This document shows, piece by piece, positions 35,363 through 46,115 of a stretch of DNA of 64,000 bases. The first letter of the stretch is position 1, and each line of letters starts with the position of its first letter. A model generated the notes under the pieces. That model made no database searches. It was given only the letters and a program-made list of their open reading frames with translations, and was not told where the DNA came from. The position numbers were made by a program, and so were the translations under genes. The DNA comes from Gracilinanus agilis (Eukaryota), in the NCBI RefSeq assembly GCF_016433145.1, contig NC_058130.1:132533157-132597156 (forward strand), in the 5' to 3' direction.

Positions 35363-37387
35363 GTCTGGGTGACAGGAAATTGATGGTGATATGAATAGAA
35401 ATTAGGAAGTTAGAAAGTGGAGATTTGTGTTGAAAGATAACAAATTCAGGTTTGAAATGATAAGTGTAAGGTGCTGATGGGACATCCAGATGAAGGTATA
35501 CAGAAGGCAACAGGAAATATAGAGCAGGTACTTGAGGGAAGAGATTAAGGCTGGATATATGGACTTGGCATATAGTTGCCAAATGGATATTTGTAAAACA
35601 TAGGTCTAACTGTGTCATGTCTCACCATTTCAAGAAGTTTCAGTGATTTCCTATTGTCATTGAGCTAAAATACAAACAGATTTAGAGATCTCCATAATCT
35701 GAATCCAACTTATCCTTCTAGAATGATTTCCCATTATTTTTCTAATACATTTTGTGTTCCAGCCAAAATGGCTTATTTCCTACTTGAAGTTCCATCTTCC
35801 CCATACCCGTGCATATCTGGCACTATCTCCCTCCATACATCTGTCCCTTGGGTTCCCCAGCTTCTTTCAAGGTCCACCTCTGACCCTAGACCTTTCCTCA
35901 TTTCCCAAGTAGTTGGTTCTATCCACCATTTGTCACCAAAATTACTTTGTATATGATATATATATTTATTTATCAGAGTATGTGTATGTGTTGTTCCCCC
36001 TTTAGTACAGTGTTAATTTCTTGAAAGCAGGAACTATTTCATCTTCACCTAGCACATAGCAGGTGCTCAGCAAATGTTCGTTGACTGGCTGAAAGTCACT
36101 TATATGGAGATAACGATCAAAGACATATAAATGAGTGAGATTGCCAATTGAGAGAGTATAAATAAAGTAAAGAAGATGTTTAAGGACAGAGCACTGGGGA
36201 ACATGTATACTTATACCTCTAACATAGGATCATAGGATTTAGAGCTGGAAGGAACATAACAGATCATTTCATCCAACCAATTCATAGATCAAGAAAGATC
36301 ACTTAAGTTACAACCAATTCATAGATCAAGAAAGATCACATAAATTATTGGTAAATAGTCAAAATTTGAACTCAGGTGGTCTGACTTCAAATTTCGTGCT
36401 CTTTATACTATGACAAATCAAAGATAGATCAGCAAAGAAGGAGCAGTCAGATAGGTAGGAGGAGAACCAGGGAGAGAAGGTGATGGAAGCCAGGGGAGGA
36501 GATAACATTGAAAAGCAAAGAAGTGCTTAGACTCACAAATCTGCAAGAAAAATCAAGAAAGATGTTGAAGACTGAGAATAGTCCACTGGATTTGGCAGAT
36601 GTCTTAGTGACATAGAAAAAATTTTTTTGTGAAGTGAGGGAGTCAAAAACTAGCATGAAAAGATTGAGGAATAAATTAGTCAGGGGTGAAGAAGCCACGG
36701 CAGTGAGTATAGACTATTCTTTCTATAATTATAGCAATAAGAAGAGGAAGGCAGAGATGGGTTGCTGTATTTGGAAGAGTTTTGTGGGTTTTATAGGTAT
36801 GTGTTTTTAAGTGAGGAGAAACCTATGCATATTTCTAGATTAGGGGTGGGGTAGGGTGAGGGTAACAGAGAACCAGTACAGACTAAGGAAAGACCAGAGA
36901 TAGTGGGGCAATCAGTTGGAATGAGACCCTAAAGGAGACAGAAGGGGATCAGATTAAGGGCATAAATGAAGGAGTCAGCTGTGACAAGGAGAGTCAACCT
37001 GAGCACAGAGTAAAAAGTAGATGAAGAGGATAGGTAAAGACAAACAGAGAGGTCTTGAGGTGTGGAGGAAGAGGGCTGGAGAAGCTTATAAGGAATTGAC
37101 TCAGTCTCCTCAGTGAAGAAGGCAGTCATTTACTAAGAGAGGCAAAATTTGCTGTCCAAAAAAAGAGGGAAAGGCTTAGAATAGCTGCTTAGGAGGCATG
37201 ATAGGGCTCAGAAATTAAAAGAATTTTGCTGTTTAGTGACTTTTGCCCGTAGTGCTGGGTGGTTCAAGAATCAGAGCAGATGAGATCTAGAGTTGGGTCT
37301 TGGGGGGAGGGCATTGAAAGCTCAAAGGCACAGGGGATTTGAAGATAAAGAGCCACTCTCTCCCTTGTTGGAATGGCATTCTGGGGG

Positions 37388-37575
37388 GGGGGAGGGTGGC
37401 TAGATAGCACAATAGATTGAGAGTCAGGCTTAGAGTTGGAAGGACCCAGGTTCAAATCTGTCCTGAGTCCTGAGACAGCTGTGTGATCCAAAGCTAAATT
37501 AAGAGGTTAAGTCACTTAACCCCCATTGCCTAGCCCTTCCTGCTCTTCTATACAGAAGGTAAGGGTTTTAAAAAA
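37388..37575 (+). mobile_element. CORE-SINE (SINE1-type) nested in L2
   Basis: Head ggtggctagatagcacaatagattgagag; tail acagaaggtaagggttttaaaaaaaa. Confidence 0.82.
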
Positions 37576-37949
37576 AAAGAAATAGAAATAGAAATGGCAT
37601 TCAAGATTGTGAATGAAGGGAAATCAGGTCAGAACAGAGATGATGAACTGAGGGAACAAGGAAAGACTGAAGCACTGAAGGTCATAATGAGAGTAAAGAA
37701 CAGGCTCAGGAACTAGGAGAGAGGTGGAAAGATAGGCGATTGTAATCAGAGAGGAATTTGAAAATCCCCAAACATATGCTGAAGTCTAATATCGATTACC
37801 TACTCCTATAGGTAACCACAGAATTGAAGATTATGAAAAGTACAGAACTAATCATTTGAGAGGCCAGAGTGTGGGTGTAATGGATAGAGTGTTAGACTTA
37901 CAATCAGCCTAAACCGGGTTTCAAGTCCTGCCTCCAGTTATTTTTTAGA

Positions 37950-38110
37950 TAGATTTTTATTAATACCTTTTGTTTTCGCATCACCTAGATTCTTCCATAT
38001 CTTTCCCAGAGACCCCTCCTTTATAAAAAAGCTTTAACCCCTCTTCCCTAACCCTAGGGGGGGAAAAAAGAGGAAGAGGAAAAAACTCAGCAAAACCAAT
38101 CCACACTTCA
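37950..38110 (-). mobile_element. Old L1/HAL1-type 3' end
   Basis: ttttattaataccttttgttttcgcatcacctagattc..aaaactcagcaaaaccaatc. A related copy lies at ~38770-38945. Confidence 0.55.
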
Positions 38111-41100
38111 TTAGATGCAAAAGTGCCTCTTATTCTTCTAAGCTGTGTGACTGGGGCAATTTGCCTAACTTATCGGACTGCTTCCTCATCTGTAAAACAG
38201 GGTTAATGATACTGGCAGTATCTACCACGTGGTTCTTAGGCGACTCAAATGATGTAATGTCTGCAAAGCAATTGAAAGCCCCAAACTCTGTAGAAATGCC
38301 AGTTGTTTTTACTATTGTTATTATTACTTGTGTAACTATTAGAAGGGTACCCTATATGAATATCAAAGTCACAGAAGATGATGACAGTGATTAAGGAAGA
38401 GAGGAACACTGGGAGCCAAGAACTGAAGTCACTGAAGAAAGGGGGAAAGTAGTCATAGCAAACTTTCCCCATTTGGAACCTGGGTCTAGTTACCGACTGT
38501 CCCTAAAGCCCTCTATATAGTGAGGGCAGGTTGGTGAGGAGACCCAGGATGTGCCTAGTCTTTCCTTCGTCCTCAGCAGCCTGCTCCCTCTTAATCACCT
38601 GTAGCTGTAGTAGGTGCTTCTGAGAATGATAGCATGATGTGATGGAAAGAACTTCATCCATAATAATGATCACACACACTTGTCTGGGGAAGAGAGAATG
38701 GAATCACAGGATTTAGATGTGGGCAGACCTTAGAAGTCCTCTAGACTAACACCTTCATTCATTCAATAAGCATTTTTAACATTTTTATTAATGCCTTTTA
38801 TTTTTACATCACCTAAAATTCCCCCTATATCCCTCCTCCTTCTCTCCTCCCCCCCCCACCAGAAAGATATCTTTTAGAAGAAATTTTTTTAAAAAAGGAA
38901 GGAGGAAAAAACCAAGCAAAACAGATCAATAGACTGAAAAAAATATCTTCTCTTTTCCCTTCTTTGGGGCCATATGTGTGCTTTCTAATTTTGCAACATT
39001 CATTCGTTTCATTGTTCTTTCCATTTACATTTCAACGAGCATTTATTAAGTGCCAAAACATTTAATACTTTCCACAAAAACATTTTACAAATGAAGAAAC
39101 TAAGGCCCTGAGAGGGGAGGCAATTTGCCCAAGGCCACACAGTAAATAAATAACAAGAACCAGGATATAAACTCAAGTCTTGGGACCCCAAATCTCCTGC
39201 TCTCTATGTCATAGCCTACAAAGCACTTTCACATTCCTTATTGAATTCGATCTTCACTATAGCCTTGATAGAATAAGTACTGCAAGGATACTGGTCCCCA
39301 TTTTACAGGTGAGGAAACTGAGACTCAAAGAAATAAAATGATGTGCCTGGTTGCTTAGTCATTTGTCTAGTAAGTAATAGAGTTAGGGTTCACAGTGGGA
39401 CCTTCTTGGCTTCAAACCCAGTACTCTTTTCCCCACACTATATTGTAGTTGGTGCTAACTTACTTTCTATGGGTTGGGGTATAAGAGGAGACGGGCTGAT
39501 AGAAAAGGTATCCTTATACATTTTTCAATACTGGGAATTAGGAAACCTGAATTGAATTTCCAGCTCTGCCACTTAACTAGTTGAGTAATGAGAGGCAAGG
39601 GATTTTCCTTTACTGAACCCCAGTTTTCTCTTCATAAAATGAAAGCCTTGAACAAGGTGCTCTCCAAGGTCCCTTACATCTTAAAATTCAGTGATGCTGT
39701 CCTTAGAGACTGAGCCGGAAGTCGGGCCTGTTCCCCTTTCCCTTATTACCTTTGGGGTTCGATTTGGATCCCCTCTTCCTCCTAATAAGTTCATTAACAA
39801 CAGTACTCACTTAATAACCTGCTTTATGAGGCAAGGCCTGGACTTCAGTGTTATTAATTGGCTGTTGATTTCTGCTTCTGGGTTATTAAGTAAGCCTCTG
39901 GCCAATGCTGAGAGTTGAAGGGCAGGCTGACCCTAGGGGAAGTTTTTCTGAACCTGCTCTTCCCCTGCTCCTTTTTGTTCCTACTGGCTGGGATCCAGGG
40001 GATTAGGTGAACACTCCTAGCTTTCTTCATACCCTCTGGGACTCACCAGACACACCCTCCCTGCACTAATTTACATCAATATAATCTTTTGTGATTTACA
40101 AAGCATTTTCCTTATAATAACCCCTTGAAGTTGGTAATGTAAAGATACAAATACCTCCATTATTGGATGAAGAAACTGTTTCTCAGGGAGGTGAGGTCAC
40201 TTGTTCAGTTTCCAGTAGTAGAACTGGGTTCTAACCCATGTTCTCCAATTCAGATCCTTGTCCTTTTTCCATAATTCTATGAAGCTTTCCTGCCAAAGGC
40301 TAGACAAAGCAACTGCAAATCAGAAGAAGGAGCGTGCCACTGAGGTACTGAAGTCCTGGGTGAGTCCTCGCTGAAATCAGAGCATCTCAGATTCCTAGAT
40401 GGGATCTATCAAGTCATCTGGCCCAATCCCCTGCCCTGTTCGTGTGTTCCCTCTATGATGTCCACAACAAGCAGTCATCTAAACTCTGTTTGAAGACAGA
40501 GACTGGCATTCAGAAGGACCATTGCTGGGGAGCCCTCATGTCTAGAAAGACATCTCGAATAGTCTTTCTGGGGTCATTCCAGTGATCTAGATCTAGGTCC
40601 CATCTCTACTGAATGAGATGATGTGGATGTGTAGAAATCAAGAATAGGAATAGTCAATTGGTTAATTATATTGCAGAGAAATTGAACTATCTTCTTCAAT
40701 CAGTATGTTGAAAAAGGGGGGAGTAGTTTGCAAAAAAAAATGGAAAGGGTGGGAGATAAAATTCCCAAATGATAGATTCAGAGTGAATTTTATTAGGGAC
40801 CAAATACCTGACAGTGACTGTTTGAGTAAAAGATTGGTGGGAAGATCTGGGGATCCGAGTGGACCAAAAGGACAAGCTTCTTTGAAAAGGATGTCAGATC
40901 TCCTTGAAAGTGGGATGTGGTGAAAGAAATAAGATGTGAACAGCAGTCCTATGCTAGGCTTTTGTGTAGCTGTTGGAGAAATGTGAATGGAGAATGCTAT
41001 GAATAATAATAACTTTCAGTTTCTGTAGTCCTCAAGGGTTTACAAAACTCACTCTTAACAATCTTATGAGATGTTTGGTTGTTTTTCAGTTGTGTGAACC

Positions 41101-42765
41101 CATGTGGGATTTTTTTTGGCAAATATGTTGGAGTGGTTTGCCATTCCTTCTCCAGCTCATTTTCCAGATGAGGAAACTGAGGCAAATAGGATTAAATGTC
41201 AGAGGCCAGATTGGAACTCAAGAAGAATCTTTCTGATTCCAGACCTGGTGCTCTATCCACTTTGCCACCTAACTGCCCTATATGAGATAGGTAGTGCAAC
41301 TAATATTTTCCACATTTTCAAAGACAATTGAATACCAGAGAGATTGAGTTCAGGGCCAGGATTTGAACACAAGTCCTCTAGGTCCAAACCCAGTGCTCCT
41401 TCCACTATACCACTCTGTAGGTCAGGGACAGTTTATAAAGAACTTGAACTATATCGTTTAGATGTGTTAGGCAACTGGGAACCATTGAAGATGATCAGCT
41501 CTGTACATTAAGAAGATAAATGGGACAGCTTGTGCAGGATGGAGCAGAGGGAGAACAGACTAGAGGTTGGAAGACCAATTAGGAATATATTATGACAGTC
41601 TAGGGCCTTGTCTATGATGGACACTGGGAATGGAGCAGAGAAGATGGATGAGAAAAATTTTATTACATATTTCAATTCAAACCCTAGGACAGGTCCAAAC
41701 CCTGGAAGACTCCTGAGGGAAGGGAAAACTGGACTGGGTTCCACCCACAATAGCTAATACCAACTTGGGATCACTTCTTCTGACTTGGGCTAGGACCCAG
41801 GGAAGTTTCTAGTCCAGCTGCAGGGAGTGGCAAACCTTTGGTTCCTCCAGACTTCTGGATTAATGGGGATCCCCTTAGGTCACTGTGAATCTGAGGTGAG
41901 GACTCATGTTCAGAGGTCCTTTGGGGTCTCCCCTCCCACCAAAACTGACCTCATGGCTGTACCACCCTCCAGACCAAAAGAAGCGTTGTTCTGTAGACAG
42001 GCTATTAGACTTTGCTCTCTGTCTTATAGTGAAGCTCTACCCCAGGCAGGGGAATAGCACTATGTTTCTGAGGCTGAATACTCCAAACCTGAGACAATCC
42101 AGTAATTTCCAGGTTGGACAAAAGTTTGGCACAAGGACACAAGATGCATTTGATGGGAAAACTAGAAATCTGGCTATGACATGCAAGTGAGAGGCAAGTT
42201 AATGTATGTCAACCATATGTATAGATCACATTCCCCAAGGCCCATTAGATGCCAAGGCTGCCTGCACTTAGCGCAATGCCTGGGAAATAGTAGGTGATTA
42301 ATAAATGTTTACTGATTGACCTGTGTGCCTGAGACTCTTTCCCTATCATGTATTTACCAATCAATCACCACTGAGATTCTGAAAATTGAAAGCCTTGATT
42401 AACCACCCATGCTTTTCCTACTTAGATGCACTTTTCCTTGCTTGGTCCTACTAGATCTGAAAGGGTTCTCTCTCCCCCAATCCCCATTAAAGGCAAAGTC
42501 TGGAATCTGCCTCTAGTGAAGACAAGAACTCTCTTAGTAACTGGGGGAAAACACAGGGAGCAGGTGTTTTTCTTTTCCTTTTGTATTATCCCCCACAACT
42601 TCTTAAATGATGCCCAGCACACAGGAAGCGCACAACCATGATGTCATTGTAGGAGAGAATAGGGTATACACAGTGACTGAGTCACCCCCAGAGCAGGCAG
42701 TAGGACATCCCTGGGAACAGATGGCAGTGGTCAATCCCCATGAGAGACAATAAAATGTGCATGGC

Positions 42766-42768
<3 letters not shown>

Positions 42769-42826
<58 letters not shown>

Positions 42827-42933
42827 CCCTTCCTCCCTCCCTCCCTCTCTCCCCTTCTGTCTCTGTCTCTCCCCTTCTTTCTCTGTCTCTCTCTCTTTCA
42901 CACACACACATACACACACACACTCACACACTT
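42769..42933. repeat. Compound (TC)n / (CCCT)n / (CA)n microsatellite
   Basis: (TC) run at 42769-42823, then a pyrimidine tract, then (CA)n. Confidence 0.98.
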
Positions 42934-43075
42934 AGAAACTCAGTATCACTTTAAGTAACACATGCTAGAAAATATGGGCATGGTCAGGCCCCTAGGGGAT
43001 ATGGGTCTATTTTGGATTTCTCTCCCAGGAAGTGGCAACAGTAGAGCGCTGACAGGAAATCAGTTATTTTTATAG

Positions 43076-43089
43076 CCACCAGGTGGCCC
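43076..43089 (+). promoter_or_regulatory. Candidate CTCF site in non-repeat DNA
   Basis: CCACCAGGTGGC at 43076-43087 is an exact match to the CCASYAGRKGGC core. Confidence 0.55.
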
Positions 43090-43974
43090 TGGTATAAAGG
43101 GATGGGGGTGGGGACAGGGGTGTTGATGAAATGAAGGGTTGGGAAGTCAGTGGTTTCCCCCAGATCCTAGGATCAGAGATATAGAACTTAAAAGTCTACT
43201 AGTTCAACTCCCCTCCTTTTACACGACCCCTTTTGAGATTTTCTTGGCACATAAACTGCAGTGGTTTGCCATTTCCTTCACTAGCTCAGTTTCCAGTTGA
43301 AGAAACTGAGGCAAACAGGGTGAAATGACTTGCCCAGGGTCACACAGCTAGTAAATTCCAAGACTCAATTTGAATTCAGGTCTTCTTGACTCCAAGACCT
43401 GGCAATCTATTGTATCACCTAGCTGCCTAATCTCCAATATTAGTGAGTTGCTGCTTTATTTTGGCCTTACCACTTACAGGCTATCTGCACGTTATACAGT
43501 TGTATTTACATGGCCTCCCCCCCCACTCTCTTTTATTTGTTGTCTTCCTCCTTTTAGAACTAAGCTTCTTGAGGGCAGGAACTGTCTTATTGCTTGCATT
43601 TGCCTTCTCAGTGCTTAGCATGGTATCTAGCACATTGTAAGTACATAATAAATGCTCCATCTATCTATCTATCTAGTAGGCACTTGATAAGCAGTTGATG
43701 AACAAATGATTTATAGAGGATACTAGGATGAGAATAGCTCATTATATCAAGTAAGGCAATAAACCTTTCATCCCTTTGACACCTCTTTCTTCAGTCCCAA
43801 GTATTATTTCCATTTCACAGATGAAAAAGCCTAGGCTTAGAAAAGGGAAAGAATTTACCAGAGTGACATAGTAAGGAGATATCAAAAGGCAGGAATTAAT
43901 TTGCACTATATTATGATGCCTTCCTGGACCTTGGTCCTAGGCTTATTTTAAGACCCTGCCTTTCACCCTAGGAA

Positions 43975-44160
43975 TTTTTTTTAAACCCTTACCCTTTATC
44001 CTAGTAATAACTGTAAGACAGAAGGGCAAAGAACTAGGCAAATGGGGTCAAGTAAGTTGGCCAGTGTCACACAGCTAGGAAGTACCTGAAGCCAGATTTG
44101 AACCCAAGTCCTCCTGACTCCAGACCTGACACTCTATCCATTGTACCACCTAGCTGCTTC
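43975..44160 (-). mobile_element. Marsupial CORE-SINE
   Basis: ttttttaaacccttaccc tail; head ctatccattgtaccacctagctgc. Confidence 0.82.
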
Positions 44161-45000
44161 TCACTCTAAGAATCCTTCACCTTCCTCTCCTTATTAAATG
44201 TCCCTAATCCCTAAATCCCTATTCCAGGTTCAACGTTTCCTGGGTCTTGCCAGTCCCTGAGCCTGCTTAGCTTCCTGGATTCTAAGATCTGCTCTGCCTG
44301 TCTTCTTTCCTTCCTCTCATGCATCTCTTGGTGCTCTTTCCAAGCACGTCTTTCTCTCCTTCCTTTCTACTTCATATCCAAACATCCCAGGCCTCAGGAA
44401 TGTATCTTCTGGAGTTTTTATCTGTGAGGAAAAGAGAACACACCATGAGAAGGGCATTAGAAGTGGCAATAGGAGGAGCCTACCTCATCCCGACCTAAGG
44501 GGCCCTACACTTCCCCGCCTGGTGTGGACTTAAATTCTCCCCAGGCTTTGTCTGGTTGTCCTGATTTCCCAGGGCCCTGAGCACTACCCCAGCCCCCCCT
44601 ACAGGCCCCAGGAGAACATGGCTTATTCCCTTCAGATCACATCCAAATCAAATCCAAACCAGCCATCTGAGCTCTCTGTTCTGAACTCATTGGTCCATTC
44701 TTCCAAGCCCTGGCTCACTCTCAGCCAATCAGGAAGCCAGGAGGATAGCCTGGGAGGCTTGTGGCATTCCAGTCAGAGTAATCACTCATAATAACACTCA
44801 GATTTAAGTAGGGCTTTAAGGTTTACAAAGACCTTTCCTTATCCAGTGATGGAAGTAATTCAATTCACCAAATGTTTATTAAAAGCCTACTACAAACGAA
44901 GCACTCTGAGTGGTAATAGACCATTATGCTGATAGTTAAAATAAAGGCTGTGGATGGATTTCCCCCTTCCTGTGCCCCTCCTTCTTTCCTTCCTAAATAA

Positions 45001-45045
45001 ATAGATAGATAGAAAGGTAGGTAGGTAGGTAGGTAGGTAGGTAGG

Positions 45046-45088
<43 letters not shown>

Positions 45089-45094
45089 GTAGAT
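45001..45094. repeat. Compound (AGAT)n/(AGGT)n tetranucleotide microsatellite
   Basis: Seen directly. Confidence 0.98.
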
Positions 45095-46001
45095 AAAGGC
45101 AGTAGGAAGGAGATCCAAAATAATGTCATGTGCAATATAGAAGGGGAAAGAGGCCAGCTAGTCCAAAACCTGGCATTTCTCCTCAATATGGTGTAAGCTC
45201 TTTGAGGGCAAGGCCAGTTTCATTTTCCTTCCAGTATTCCAGCACCAAGGACAGTGCCTGGAAAATAGGAGATGCCTTATAGATGGCTTGTTGAATTTAA
45301 TTGATCTCCTTATTTTTGCCATTGAAGAAACAGGTTGGTTGATGAAAGTGACAGAACTGGGAGTTGAACCAATGGCTTCCAACCCTCAATCCAGCACTCT
45401 TTTTCTACTGTCCCAGAAAATACTAATAGGTGTGGAGGGGTGACCTAAGCTGACCCTTAAAGGGAAAAAGGATTCTAAAGAGCAAAAATGAGAAGAAAGA
45501 GCATTCTAATCATGACTGAGGACCCACAAGGAGTTTGGAGATGCCATATTGAATTCTGGGAATATCCAAAAGTCCAATTTACCTAGAAAATAGGGCAAAT
45601 ATTATTCCCATCTTACAGAAAACACAGGCCCAAAAAAGTCAAATAGTTTACCTGTGGTCACAGTATCAGAATTAAGATTTAAGCCCAGGAAACATGGGGA
45701 ATGGTACCTTAAGGAGTGGTAAGAATACTCATTGAATTTGGAATCACCCTTTACTATCCATGTGACCTTAAGCAAGTCCCTTATTTTTCTGGGCCTCTTT
45801 CCTCATTTGTGAAATGGGGAAGTGATCTGCAGCCAGCCAGATATCAGCCATCAGTCCCTAGTAGTGAAGGAAACAGGAGGGCTACCGCCTCAATGCTGAG
45901 CCCCTGTTATAAAGCTTTCCCCTCCATGTACATATAGTCTCCCTCCAATGCCCTCTGGGCCTTCACTGAGGAGCCCAGCCTTTGCAAAAGTCAGTTACTG
46001 G

Positions 46002-46115
46002 CCGGCCTCAGCCACTTCCCAGCTGTGTGACCCTGGGCAAGTCACTTGACCCCCATTGCCCACCCTTACCACTCTTCCACCTATGAGACAATACACCAAA
46101 GTTAAGGGTTTAAAA
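46002..46115 (+). mobile_element. Young 5'-truncated SINE1 (short-tail variant)
   Basis: Perfect 16-bp TSD aaaagtcagttactgg at 45986-46001 and 46116-46131. Confidence 0.93.

Larger units (their letters stand above)
34850..37870 (-). mobile_element. Long L2 fragment (ORF2 including RT) with nested L1, L2 3' end, MIR and SINE1
   Basis: ORF 36447-36698 VTKTSAKSSGLFSVFNIFLDFS..SLLFNVISSPGFH matches the L2 RT VTNDLL.AKS.GLFS.L.LLDLS segment. The sequence resumes collinearly across each insertion. Confidence 0.78.

Noticed and set aside
42603-42958. ER/SL/HT-repeat ORFs
   Set aside because: They are translations of the compound TC/CA microsatellite.
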